From: Actinomycetota bacterium | Lineage (GTDB): Bacteria > Actinomycetota > Actinomycetes > S36-B12 | Length of the DNA stretch: 54,705 nucleotides | Direction of reading: 5' to 3' | Assembly (NCBI GenBank): GCA_009699315.1 | Contig: WLOK01000002.1 | Location: 1-54,705, forward strand | Part shown: positions 9,572 to 18,919 of the stretch, piece after piece | Position numbering within the stretch: the first letter of the stretch is position 1 | Layout: the number at the start of each line of letters is the position of its first letter | Program-made: the position numbers and the translations under genes | The notes under the pieces: model-generated | The model's input: the letters and a program-made list of their open reading frames with translations, nothing else | The model's database searches: none | Told to the model about the DNA's origin: nothing

Positions 9572-10722
9572 TGTCCAGTAAACGGGACCCCCAGCGCTAC
9601 CTGAAGTACCTCGCGGCCGAACGCAATGCGATCCTGCTCTATGGCGCCCTTGCCGCTCAGGCAACGGGCGATCGGCGAGAAGCGCTTTTGGAGTTAGTGG
9701 AGATCGAGGCGCAGCATGCTCAGCACTGGATCGACATGCTCAAAGCCAATGGTGTCGAAGTCCCCCCCGCGCCCGAGCGTCTAGATCCCGACGATGCGGC
9801 CCTCGTGGCCCGCGCCCGCGCTGCCGGCCTTGACTCAGTTTTAGCCACCCTGGAAGAGACCGAGGGTGTCAACGCCGATATTTATGATGATGAACCTGAT
9901 GCCCCTGCCGTCATGAGCAGCGAAGAACGCATCCACATGCGCGTCTTCCAGCAGATGCAAGACGGCTCCCCGCTCACGGCACTCAGCGAGGCACCTCGCT
10001 CTGTGGACTTCGGTGAGACATGGCATCGGGGTGATCGCACGGGATCTGTGCGCGCTGCCATCTTCGGCGTGAGTGACGGCCTTGTGTCCAACACCGCACT
10101 GGTCATGGGATTCGCCGGGGCAGTGAGCGATCCGAAGGTGGTCCTATTCGCCGGCATCGCCGGACTCCTGGCCGGCGCTTTTTCCATGGCAGCGGGTGAA
10201 TACATCAGCGTGGCGAGCCAGCGAGATCTCTTCCGTCGCGAGATCGAGACCGAAGCTGCCGAACTCCGCGACAAGCCCGAAGAAGAGCGTCGTGAAATCG
10301 AGCTCATTTACCGCGCCAAGGGCATGGACAAGGAGACCGCCCGACGGGCCTCCGAACACATCATGGCGGACCCCGCCAAGGCCCTCGACACTCTTGCGCG
10401 CGAGGAACTCGGACTCGATCCATCAGCCCTCGGATCGCCTATCCGGGTGGCCTTCTCAAGTTTCATCGCTTTCGCCCTCGGGGCCGTTGTAGTCGTGATT
10501 CCCTACCTCTTCGCCAGCGGAGGGCTCGCCCTCGGGCTCGCGATCGCGATGTCCCTTACCTCCATGCTGGTCGTCGGTGGTCTCGTGGGCAAATTCTCCG
10601 GGAGGAACATGGGAGTCGCCGCCCTGCGGCAACTTGGAGTCGGGGCCGGTGCCGCGACCGTCACCTTCCTCATCGGACTCGCCGTTAGCCACTTCACGGG
10701 CCTTTCGGCTACCGGCGGGTAG
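9571..10722 (+). CDS. Ferritin-like (erythrin) domain fused to a VIT1/CCC1 iron transporter domain (MbfA-like)
   Basis: N-terminal four-helix EIEAQHAQHW segment. C-terminal RAAIFGVSDGLVSNTALVMG plus TM helices. The ATG shares one base with the aceE TGA. Confidence 0.7.
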   Translation: MSSKRDPQRYLKYLAAERNAILLYGALAAQATGDRREALLELVEIEAQHAQHWIDMLKANGVEVPPAPERLDPDDAALVARARAAGLDSVLATLEETEGVNADIYDDEPDAPAVMSSEERIHMRVFQQMQDGSPLTALSEAPRSVDFGETWHRGDRTGSVRAAIFGVSDGLVSNTALVMGFAGAVSDPKVVLFAGIAGLLAGAFSMAAGEYISVASQRDLFRREIETEAAELRDKPEEERREIELIYRAKGMDKETARRASEHIMADPAKALDTLAREELGLDPSALGSPIRVAFSSFIAFALGAVVVVIPYLFASGGLALGLAIAMSLTSMLVVGGLVGKFSGRNMGVAALRQLGVGAGAATVTFLIGLAVSHFTGLSATGG

Positions 10723-10792
10723 CCTCGGTCTTCCGCTAAGTTGTGACCTGCTCGTTACTCGCGGGCACTCGATACGTCGAAAGGCGCTTTTC

Positions 10793-11986
10793 GTGCTCGT
10801 CGTGGTTTGCCCCGGTCAAGGTTCACAGACTCCAGGTTTCCTCCGCCCATGGCTGGAGATGCCCGAGGTCTCTGCACGCCTGAAGTGGCTGTCTACGGTC
10901 GCCGAGATCGACCTCATTGAGCATGGCACCAATTCCGATGCCGACACGATCCGCGATACGGCCATTGCGCAGCCCCTGCTGGTCGGCGCTGGCCTGGTGA
11001 CACTCCTCGAGCTCTTCCCTCATCCCGCCGACGCATTTCGACGCATTGGTGCAGGCGCGGGCCATTCCGTCGGTGAAATCACCGCGGCTGCAGCTGGCGG
11101 AGTTCTCACGGCCGAGCAGGCCATGGTGTTCGTGCGTGAACGTGGCCGAGCAATGGCGGCCGCATCCGCCCGGACCCCAACCGGCATGAGCGCTGTGCTG
11201 GGTGGCGACCCCGATGAGGTCGTCGCAAAAGCCGAGTCGCATGGGCTTACTGCCGCTAATCGCAATGGTGCTGGTCAGATCGTGGTTGCGGGCACCCTCG
11301 AGCAACTCGCAGCATTTGCTGCCGATCCGCCAGAAAAGGCGCGCGTACGCGAGTTGCAGGTCGCCGGCGCTTTCCATACCCATCACATGGAGTCCGCCGT
11401 CTCCGTTTTGGGTGGATACGCACGAGCAATTTCCGTGCACGATCCCCGATCACGCCTCATCTCCAATACCGACGGCACTGTCGTACACGATGGACGCAAT
11501 GTCCTTCGCCGGCTCGTCACACAGGTGGCAAACCCCGTGCGCTGGGACTTGTGCATGGCGACCATGGAAGATCTTGGCGTCACAGCAGTGATCGAGATCC
11601 CGCCAGCTGGCGTTCTGACCGGGCTCATCAAGCGGGCTTTGCCGGGGGTGGAGACCCTCGCTGTCAACACCCCGGACGATCTTCAGGCAGCGTGGGACAT
11701 CATTGCCCGCCACGGCCGAGCCAACCAAATGGAAAGTACTCCGACCTGGCGCATGCTCGTCTCCCCCAGCAAGGGTGCTTTCACTCCCGAACCTCACGTC
11801 GTCGCCGGCGCCGAACTCGCTCCCGGTTCTGTGGCGGGCACCGTCACGAGTCGCCGCGAAACCACCAAAATTCTCGCTCCACACGGTGGCGTTGTCGTCG
11901 AAGTGCTCGCGCAAGCCGGCGATCCGGTCGCACCCGGGCAACCGCTGGTGCGCTTGCACCCGGTCCCGGGCTCAGAGGACATGTAG
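10793..11986 (+). CDS. fabD: Malonyl-CoA:ACP transacylase with a C-terminal biotinyl/lipoyl-like domain
   Basis: GTG 10793 gives VLVVVCPGQGSQ. GHSVGE active site and QVAGAFHT are present. The ORF continues about 85 aa past the usual FabD end into a barrel-sandwich-like segment. Confidence 0.85.
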   Translation: MLVVVCPGQGSQTPGFLRPWLEMPEVSARLKWLSTVAEIDLIEHGTNSDADTIRDTAIAQPLLVGAGLVTLLELFPHPADAFRRIGAGAGHSVGEITAAAAGGVLTAEQAMVFVRERGRAMAAASARTPTGMSAVLGGDPDEVVAKAESHGLTAANRNGAGQIVVAGTLEQLAAFAADPPEKARVRELQVAGAFHTHHMESAVSVLGGYARAISVHDPRSRLISNTDGTVVHDGRNVLRRLVTQVANPVRWDLCMATMEDLGVTAVIEIPPAGVLTGLIKRALPGVETLAVNTPDDLQAAWDIIARHGRANQMESTPTWRMLVSPSKGAFTPEPHVVAGAELAPGSVAGTVTSRRETTKILAPHGGVVVEVLAQAGDPVAPGQPLVRLHPVPGSEDM

Positions 11987-13002
11987 TGGCCAAGTTCCGT
12001 GCTTCGACCGGTGCTGCGTTCTCTCGAATCATGTCCGTAGGCGCCTACCGACCTGACCGAGTGGTCACGAACGCAGAAATTTGCGAATTGATCGACTCCT
12101 CCGATGAGTGGATTCGCGAACGTTCGGGCATCAGAGAACGCAGATGGGCGGCTCCTAATCAAAGTGTCGTCGACCTCGCGTGCGAAGCAGGGCGTATCGC
12201 GATTGAGCGTTCCGGCGTTGCGCCAGAGGACATTGGTTTGGTACTCGTCGCCTCGGTGACGCACCCCTATGTCACGCCCTCCGCATCTGCCGAAGTGTCG
12301 TGCCGTCTTGGAGCACTAAACGCCGCTGCTACAGACATCAGTTCAGCGTGCGCAGGCTTTTGCTACGGAATCGCCCTAGGCGATGGAGCCATTCGCTCCG
12401 GCGCTGCCAAATACGTGCTCCTCATTGGTGTCGAGAAACTCTCGGATTGGACCAGTAAGACCGACCGTGGCACCGCCTTTATTTTCGCCGATGGTGCTGG
12501 TGCAGTGATTCTTGGACCATCCGACGAACCTGCAATCGGTCCGGTGGTGTGGGGCGCGTTGGGTGAACAGCGCGAGGCGATCAGCATGACTCAGTCGTTT
12601 CTAGAGTACCGGGATCGCGGTGGTGACTTCCCCACCCTCACCATGCAGGGACAAGCTGTATTTCGCTGGGCGATCGGCGACATGAGCAAAGTCGCTGAAG
12701 AAGCACTTCGGGCCGCAGGCATCACTGCCGAGGACCTCGACGCTTTCCTGCCACATCAGGCCAACATGCGCATCACCGACGCCCTCGTAAAGGCGATCAA
12801 GCTCCCGGCCCATGTGCCCGTCGCCCGCGATATCGAATTCACCGGAAACACCTCAGCTGCCTCAATCCCGCTTGCGATGGATCGGATGCTGTCTGATGGT
12901 CACATCCCCTACGGTGGTACCGCTTTGATGATCGGATTTGGGGCTGGGCTCGTCTATGCATCTCAAGTCGTAACACTTCCACCCGCACCACAGCACCACT
13001 AG
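11986..13002 (+). CDS. fabH: Beta-ketoacyl-ACP synthase III
   Basis: GTG 11986 overlaps the fabD TAG by 1 nt. SDEWIRERSGI, SACAGF, HQAN and GNTSAAS motifs are present. Confidence 0.9.
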   Translation: MAKFRASTGAAFSRIMSVGAYRPDRVVTNAEICELIDSSDEWIRERSGIRERRWAAPNQSVVDLACEAGRIAIERSGVAPEDIGLVLVASVTHPYVTPSASAEVSCRLGALNAAATDISSACAGFCYGIALGDGAIRSGAAKYVLLIGVEKLSDWTSKTDRGTAFIFADGAGAVILGPSDEPAIGPVVWGALGEQREAISMTQSFLEYRDRGGDFPTLTMQGQAVFRWAIGDMSKVAEEALRAAGITAEDLDAFLPHQANMRITDALVKAIKLPAHVPVARDIEFTGNTSAASIPLAMDRMLSDGHIPYGGTALMIGFGAGLVYASQVVTLPPAPQHH

Positions 13003-13044
13003 TCATTCAACTCACCTGTTTCACCACACACCGAAAGGCACACC

Positions 13045-13287
13045 ATGGCAAACGCAGAGATCCTCGCTGGCCTCGCCGAGATCGTCAACGACGTCGCAGG
13101 CGTCCCGGTCTCCGACATCAGCGCCGAAAAGTCCTTCACTGATGATCTGGATATCGATTCGCTTTCAATGGTCGAGGTCGTCATGGCAGCTGAAGACAAG
13201 TGGGGCGTCAAGATTCCCGACGATGCAGTCAAGAACCTCAAGACTGTCGGCGATGCCGTCAACTTCATCGAGAGCGCCCAGGGCTGA
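13045..13287 (+). CDS. acpP: Acyl carrier protein
   Basis: 80 aa with the DDLDIDSLSMVE phosphopantetheine-attachment motif. Confidence 0.95.
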   Translation: MANAEILAGLAEIVNDVAGVPVSDISAEKSFTDDLDIDSLSMVEVVMAAEDKWGVKIPDDAVKNLKTVGDAVNFIESAQG

Positions 13288-13314
13288 TCGCCCCGAACTA
13301 CATCGGAGAATTCT

Positions 13315-14544
13315 GTGAGTCGCAATGTTGTCGTCACCGGCCTGGGGGCCACCACGCCCCTAGGCGGTGACGTCCCGTCCACCTGGGCACGTCTACTTCG
13401 TGCCGAGCCTGCCTTTGGCCCAACTCCAGCGGACTGGCATCAGGATTTGCCATGCAAGATCGCTGCATTCATGGCCGTTGATCCAGACACCGTGCTCGAT
13501 CGGGTCGAAGCTCGCAAGATGGACCGCTGTGAGCAGGCTGCTGTAGTGGCATCCCGCGAAGCATGGGCAGATGCGGGCAGCCCAGAAGTTGATCCACTAC
13601 GACTTGGCGCAGTCATGGCAACGGGCATCGGCGGCATTCTCTCGATGCTCGGCGCCTACGACCTCCTGTTGGAGCGCGGCCCGTCGCGCATTTCCCCGCA
13701 TACCGTGCCCATGCTGATGCCCAATGGACCCGCAGCGTTCGTGGGCCTTGATCTTGGCGCTCTAGCTGGCGTGCACAGCCCCGTGAGCGCATGTGCTTCT
13801 GGCGCGGAAGCCATTGCGTATGGCGCAGAGATGATCCGCAATGGCCGCGCAGATATCGTCGTCGCTGGCGGCACTGAAGCAGCCATTCATCCGCTGACAA
13901 TGTCCGGGTTCTCTGCCATGCGGGCACTCTCTACGCGCAACGACGACCCCAACGCTGCATCGCGTCCGTACGACACTGAGCGTGATGGATTTGTCATGGG
14001 TGAAGGTGCTGGCGCGCTCGTGCTCGAGGCTGAAGAATTCGCACGGGCGCGTGGTGCTCGCATTTACGCCTACGTCGCGGGTGCAGGCCTCACCGCTGAC
14101 GGTCACCACATAGCTCAACCAGACCCCGAAGGACTCGGCGCAGCTCGAGCGATGCGCTACGCGCTCACAGAAGCCGATCTCAGCCCACTCGACATCGTGC
14201 ACGTCAACGCGCACGCGACCTCGACCCCGCAGGGCGACGTCGCCGAGGCCATGGCCATTCGTTCGGCGTTAGGCCCCAACTCGCAGGCCATCATTAGCGC
14301 GACAAAATCGATGACCGGCCACATGTTGGGTGGCGCCGGATCAGTGGAGTCTGTCTTCACGATCCTTGCGCTCTACAACCGCTTGGCTCCCCCAACTGCC
14401 AATTTGCACAACCTTGACCCGCAGGTCGATCTTGACGTGACGCGATCGCAACCGCGAGCGCTTCCATCCGGCGACATCGCCGCTCTAAAGAACTCATTTG
14501 GGTTCGGCGGGCACGACGTAGCCGTTGCGTTCAGGAGTGCCTAG
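13315..14544 (+). CDS. fabF: Beta-ketoacyl-ACP synthase II (KasA/FabF type)
   Basis: 409 aa. SACASG active-site Cys, NAHATSTP and FGFGGH motifs. GTG follows GGAGAA. Confidence 0.92.
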   Translation: MSRNVVVTGLGATTPLGGDVPSTWARLLRAEPAFGPTPADWHQDLPCKIAAFMAVDPDTVLDRVEARKMDRCEQAAVVASREAWADAGSPEVDPLRLGAVMATGIGGILSMLGAYDLLLERGPSRISPHTVPMLMPNGPAAFVGLDLGALAGVHSPVSACASGAEAIAYGAEMIRNGRADIVVAGGTEAAIHPLTMSGFSAMRALSTRNDDPNAASRPYDTERDGFVMGEGAGALVLEAEEFARARGARIYAYVAGAGLTADGHHIAQPDPEGLGAARAMRYALTEADLSPLDIVHVNAHATSTPQGDVAEAMAIRSALGPNSQAIISATKSMTGHMLGGAGSVESVFTILALYNRLAPPTANLHNLDPQVDLDVTRSQPRALPSGDIAALKNSFGFGGHDVAVAFRSA

Positions 14545-15935
14545 TGAGTGACGACCTCGACGTACGTTCACCCTTAGTGCGACTCGGTGCATTCTTCGAC
14601 AACGGCGAATTCACCCTCGTCACACCCGCGGATGATCGAGGTGCAGTCAGCGCCGTGGGTTACATCAGTGGCGCCAATGTCGTCGCATTCGCCACCGATC
14701 CCACGGTCCAAGGTGGGGCGATGGGCACAGATGGCTGCCGCGCAATCGTGGCCGCCTACGACCGTGCCGTTGCAGACAATGCCCCCATCGTCGGGCTTTG
14801 GCATTCCGGTGGCGCGCGTCTGCGTGAAGGAGTGGCGAGTCTCGACGGAGTGGGTCGTGTTTTCGCGGCCATGACGCGCGCTTCAGGTCGAGTCCCCCAG
14901 ATTTCAGTCGTCTTGGGACCAGCAGCTGGCGGTGCTGCATACGGCCCAGCACTCACCGACATCGTGATCCTTGCCCCCGAGGGCCGAATTTTCGTCACCG
15001 GTCCTGAGGTAGTTCGCTCCGTCACTGGCGAAGACGTCGACATGCTCCGTCTAGGTGGCCCAGAACCACATGGTCGTCGAAGCGGCGTCGTCCACATCGT
15101 TGCTGAGTCTGAAGAAGATGCACTCGAGCAGGCCCGCAAATTGTGCCTACTTCTTGGTCGGCAAGGCTCACTCGACCTTGACGCAGTTGAAGACACCGAT
15201 CTTGGCGCATTTCTCCCTGACTCAGCGCGGCGCGCGTACGACGTACACCCGCTCGTCTTCGGATTCTGCGATCCGGGCTCCGTCGTCGAACTTCATGAGC
15301 GCTGGTCTCCCAATATTGTCACTGCTCTGGGACGCCTCAGTGGCCGCACCATTGGAGTGGTGGCCAATAATCCCCTGCGACTTGGCGGCTGCTTGGACTC
15401 CTCAAGTGCCGAAAAGGCCTCGCGCTTCGTGCGCATGTGTGACGCGTTCGCTGTGCCACTCGTCGTGTTAGTTGACGTACCGGGCTATCTCCCAGGAGTC
15501 GGGCAAGAGTGGGAAGGCGTGGTCCGACGCGGCGCCAAATTGCTGCACGCTTTCGCCGAGTGTGTTGTGCCGCGCGTAACAGTCGTGACACGCAAGGCAT
15601 ACGGCGGCGCATACGTCGCTATGAACTCTGCTTCGCTTGGTGCAACTCGTGTATTTGCCTGGCCAAATGCCGAGGTGGCAGTCATGGGTTCGGTCGCTGC
15701 TGTGCGCATTTTGCATCGACGCCGGCTCGCCGAACTGAGCGACGAGCAACAGCGAGCCGAGATGGAACTCGAACTCGCGGCCGAGCACGAAGTGATCTCC
15801 GGTGGAGTAACCCGAGCAGTCGAGTTGGGATTTGTTGACGAAATCGTTGCTCCTTCTGAGACGCGTCGAAGAGTCGCAAAGGTCATCCTCGACACACCCG
15901 GTGTCCGCGGCCTGCACGGCAACATCCCGCTGTAG
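14544..15935 (+). CDS. accD6: Acyl-CoA carboxylase carboxyltransferase beta subunit (AccD6-like)
   Basis: 463 aa carboxyl-transferase fold (GGAMG, GGARLREG, GPAAGGAAY, KAYGGAY). Same position as Rv2247 after the kas genes. Confidence 0.85.
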   Translation: MSDDLDVRSPLVRLGAFFDNGEFTLVTPADDRGAVSAVGYISGANVVAFATDPTVQGGAMGTDGCRAIVAAYDRAVADNAPIVGLWHSGGARLREGVASLDGVGRVFAAMTRASGRVPQISVVLGPAAGGAAYGPALTDIVILAPEGRIFVTGPEVVRSVTGEDVDMLRLGGPEPHGRRSGVVHIVAESEEDALEQARKLCLLLGRQGSLDLDAVEDTDLGAFLPDSARRAYDVHPLVFGFCDPGSVVELHERWSPNIVTALGRLSGRTIGVVANNPLRLGGCLDSSSAEKASRFVRMCDAFAVPLVVLVDVPGYLPGVGQEWEGVVRRGAKLLHAFAECVVPRVTVVTRKAYGGAYVAMNSASLGATRVFAWPNAEVAVMGSVAAVRILHRRRLAELSDEQQRAEMELELAAEHEVISGGVTRAVELGFVDEIVAPSETRRRVAKVILDTPGVRGLHGNIPL

Positions 15936-15937
15936 CG

Positions 15938-16426
15938 CTAAATGGCGTTGTGCAGTCTCGCGTGTGAGGCGTGCCCACCAGCCATGCGATAGGGCTCTAG
16001 AGCCCGGTCCCACTCCGCACCGAGAAGCTTCTCCAGCTCTGCCCGCAAATCTCCATCGCTCGCCAGCGCCGCGCGGATCCGGTCCTCGTGGATCATGACG
16101 TCGCCGTACGGACCGGTCGCTGCGCGATAAATACCCAGCTCAGGAGTCGAGGAGAAACGTTCAGCCTCGTGGCCCTCTGACGCCTCTTCAGTCACTTCGA
16201 ACCTCAGGTCCGGAAACGCCCGCAAGGCGCTGGCCAGACGGGCTGCGGTGCCTGCTGGGCCAGACCATGAGTGCTCGGCGCGCACGGTGCCCGGATGAAC
16301 GGGTTGGGGCGCCCAATCTAGGCGAACGTCCCGCCCTAATTCAGCAGAAAACGCCCACTCCACATGGGGGCATACCGCTCGAACACATGCGTGTACATAG
16401 ACCACGCCACGGGTACGCGACATCAC
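15938..16426 (-). CDS. DUF3145 domain protein
   Basis: 162 aa. GVVYVHACVRAVCPHVEWA...DWAPQP is the remembered DUF3145 signature. Confidence 0.75.
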   Translation of the reverse strand: MMSRTRGVVYVHACVRAVCPHVEWAFSAELGRDVRLDWAPQPVHPGTVRAEHSWSGPAGTAARLASALRAFPDLRFEVTEEASEGHEAERFSSTPELGIYRAATGPYGDVMIHEDRIRAALASDGDLRAELEKLLGAEWDRALEPYRMAGGHASHARLHNAI

Positions 16427-16474
16427 TCACCTCTCATCAGTTTCGCCTTCCCCAGCGTCCTGATCGAAGTAAGT

Positions 16475-16505
16475 CACACCAGTGTAACCCCGGTCACATG
16501 GTGTG
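16475..16505. promoter_or_regulatory. Imperfect 15-bp inverted repeat between mshC and the DUF3145 gene
   Basis: cacaccagtgtaacc cc ggtcacatggtgtg. The outer 7 bp are perfect and the inner arm matches 6 of 8. Could be an operator or an mshC terminator hairpin. Confidence 0.35.
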
Positions 16506-16516
16506 TGGCAAATCCA

Positions 16517-17638
16517 CTAGTCCAGCGCGAGCACCCGGGCAACTAGCCGGGCGGCCTGCCCGCCCTCTTCTAGGGCGATCCCGAGGGCTCTGGGCACGTC
16601 TAGATCGTCCAAGAGCGCTGCAGAGATGGCCGCCACTGCGGTCTCGGAGCCTCCTCGACGGCCAGCAGCTGCATGGAGGGAATCGAGTTGTCCCTCAGCG
16701 ATGTCCAGACCGGCCATGGTGAACTCCCAAGGCGCTGCCCAGGGGCGATCTGTGAGGAGCAGTCGGAGCGCAGCCGCCCGATGTCCTTCGAGGAGGTCTG
16801 AGACGAGCACCAAATTGCCGGTGGACTTCGCCATCTTCTCGCCGTCGACCATGACGGTGCCGACATGCATCCAGGCCCGCGCGAAGGGGGCCACACCAGT
16901 GGCCGCCTCGGCTTGGGCTGCTTCATAGGCATGGTGCGGGAACGCGAGATCGGCCCCGCCCGCGTGAATGTCCAAGGATGAACCGAAGGTGCGCAAGACC
17001 ATCGCGGTGCACTCTGCATGCCAGCCGGGTCGACCAGGCCCCCACGGACTTGGCCAGGACGGGTCGTCCGCTGCACTCGCGCGCCACACCGGCACGTCAA
17101 GGGCGTCTTCCTTTTGTGGGTCGTCAGGATTTTCACCGAAACGAGCACACGCCGCAAGGGCCACCTCACGCGATAGTGCATTGCGCGCAGGCACTTCGCC
17201 TCCGCGGAAATACACCGTGCCATTGCGCTCATAGGCAGCGCCGACGCTAAGTAAGACTTCGGCAAGTCGAATAACTGCGTCAATGTTTTGGTGCGCACGC
17301 GGTTCAAAGTCTGGGCGCCGCACATGCAGATCAGACATGTCGCGGTCGAATCGGTACTGCTGCATCGCGGCAAACTCGTCGTAGGGCGCTCCCGCACGCA
17401 ACGCTGCCGCTGTGAGCACATCATCCACATCGGTGATGTTGCGCGTGAGCAGAACCTCCAACCCTGAATGCCGTAGCGCTCGGGTCAGGGTGTCGACCCA
17501 CACGAAGGTCGCTGCGTGGCCGAGGTGCGTCACGTCATAGGGCGTGATTCCGCAGGAGTAGATGCGAACCGGACCGACCAGTGGAACCTCGCGGCCTCCT
17601 AGGCGCAGCGGGCCTGCGGCAATCGAATCGTGCGTCAT
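16517..17638 (-). CDS. mshC: L-cysteine:1D-myo-inositol 2-amino-2-deoxy-alpha-D-glucopyranoside ligase (mycothiol ligase)
   Basis: [32 protein letters not shown] and [13 protein letters not shown] match remembered MshC better than CysS. ATG 17638 avoids overlap with ung. Confidence 0.85.
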   Translation of the reverse strand: MTHDSIAAGPLRLGGREVPLVGPVRIYSCGITPYDVTHLGHAATFVWVDTLTRALRHSGLEVLLTRNITDVDDVLTAAALRAGAPYDEFAAMQQYRFDRDMSDLHVRRPDFEPRAHQNIDAVIRLAEVLLSVGAAYERNGTVYFRGGEVPARNALSREVALAACARFGENPDDPQKEDALDVPVWRASAADDPSWPSPWGPGRPGWHAECTAMVLRTFGSSLDIHAGGADLAFPHHAYEAAQAEAATGVAPFARAWMHVGTVMVDGEKMAKSTGNLVLVSDLLEGHRAAALRLLLTDRPWAAPWEFTMAGLDIAEGQLDSLHAAAGRRGGSETAVAAISAALLDDLDVPRALGIALEEGGQAARLVARVLALD

Positions 17639-17671
17639 AGGGATGAGGTTACTCGCGCTAGCCTCGCTCGT

Positions 17672-18355
17672 ATGGGTAGCCAGCCACTCCACGAACTAGT
17701 CCATCCTTCGTGGCTGCCGATTCTCCTGCCCCATGAGGCAGCCTTGGAACGTATCGGCGAGCGATTGTGCGCAGAGACCACTGCCGGCCGGGCTTGGCTT
17801 CCGGAGAGCAATCTCGTCCTTCGAGCCTTTCGAATGCCCCTTCCAGAAGTCCGGGTACTCATCGTGGGCCAAGATCCCTACCCAACGCCTGGCCATCCGG
17901 TCGGTCTCTCCTTTTCTGTCGCGCCGGACGTGCGACCACTCCCACGAAGTCTGCGCAACATCTTCCAGGAACTTCACTCCGATCTGGGGCTGGTCGCACC
18001 CCCACATGGCGATCTGACGGCATGGAGCGATCGTGGGGTCTTGCTACTTAACCGAGTCCTGACCGTGGGCGCGGGTCAAGCCGGCAGCCACCGAGGATGG
18101 GGTTGGGAGTCCATCACTAATGCCGTAGTGCAGGGACTCGCGCAACGTGGCGGCCCCTTGGTCGCAATCCTGTGGGGCAAAGAAGCGCAGGCGGTTTCTG
18201 GTCTGCTCGGGGACGTGCCCATTATTGCCAGCGCACACCCGAGCCCGCTGAGTGCTCACCGAGGCTTTTTCGGTTCACGCCCGTTTAGTCGCGCGAACCA
18301 ACTGCTCATCGAATCAGGTGCTGAGCCGATCGATTGGTCTACAGATACCGCCTGA
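17672..18355 (+). CDS. ung: Uracil-DNA glycosylase, family 1
   Basis: [31 protein letters not shown] and HPSPLSA motifs are present. Confidence 0.9.
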   Translation: MGSQPLHELVHPSWLPILLPHEAALERIGERLCAETTAGRAWLPESNLVLRAFRMPLPEVRVLIVGQDPYPTPGHPVGLSFSVAPDVRPLPRSLRNIFQELHSDLGLVAPPHGDLTAWSDRGVLLLNRVLTVGAGQAGSHRGWGWESITNAVVQGLAQRGGPLVAILWGKEAQAVSGLLGDVPIIASAHPSPLSAHRGFFGSRPFSRANQLLIESGAEPIDWSTDTA

Positions 18356-18919
18356 TCACTCCGCAGCGATCGCGGCCAGGACTGGTTCGAGCATCCCCGG
18401 CTTCACCGTGCCAATAACACGGGCAGCAACTCGGCCTTGCTTGTCGATCACTACCGTGCTCGGGACAGCTTCTGGTGGAACCGTGGGGATCGTAAGGAGA
18501 ATCGAAGCACCGCGATCTACGATGCTGGGATAGGGAATCTTGTAGGTCGAGATCATCGCGTTGGCTTCATCTGGCTGATCTTTGACGTCTAGACCGACAA
18601 AAACCACATCCTGTTGCGCAGTGGCGAGGCTGACCAATACTGGAAGCTCCTCCTTGCAGGGCTCGCACCAGGAGGCCCAGGCATTCAGCACAACGACTTT
18701 GCCACGTAGGGAGGAAAGGTCGAGGTAGCCGCCATCGACCGTGACACCACTCACTACTGGCAGTTCTGGTCGATCTCCGGGAGCGAAGACCGACAACCCA
18801 AACGTGGAGATATCCGTGCCCGTTGCCGTGGTTACGGCTTCACCACCGGAGCGACCACATCCAGCCAACAACCCTGCAAGTAGGAGCACACCTGCTGCCA
18901 CGATGAGCCGTCGATTCAC
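18356..18919 (-). CDS. TlpA/ResA-like thiol:disulfide oxidoreductase lipoprotein
   Basis: Lipobox LLAGC and WASWCEPC active site. GTG 18919 overlaps the ctaG TGA (GTGA). Confidence 0.8.
   Translation of the reverse strand: MNRRLIVAAGVLLLAGLLAGCGRSGGEAVTTATGTDISTFGLSVFAPGDRPELPVVSGVTVDGGYLDLSSLRGKVVVLNAWASWCEPCKEELPVLVSLATAQQDVVFVGLDVKDQPDEANAMISTYKIPYPSIVDRGASILLTIPTVPPEAVPSTVVIDKQGRVAARVIGTVKPGMLEPVLAAIAAE

Noticed and set aside
10577-10792. N-terminal 72-codon extension of fabD, and the analogous 145-codon extension of fabH (11551-11985)
   Set aside because: The extensions overlap the preceding genes in another frame and have a biased Arg/Ser/Pro composition. The conserved N-termini (VVCPGQGSQ and SRIMSVGAYRP) begin right after well-placed GTG codons.
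14544-15935. Treating the carboxyltransferase as part of a novel system together with the FabD tail
   Set aside because: An AccD6-type gene after the kas genes is the normal mycobacterial-type arrangement. Only the FabD C-terminal domain is unusual, so the carboxyltransferase is reported as an ordinary feature.
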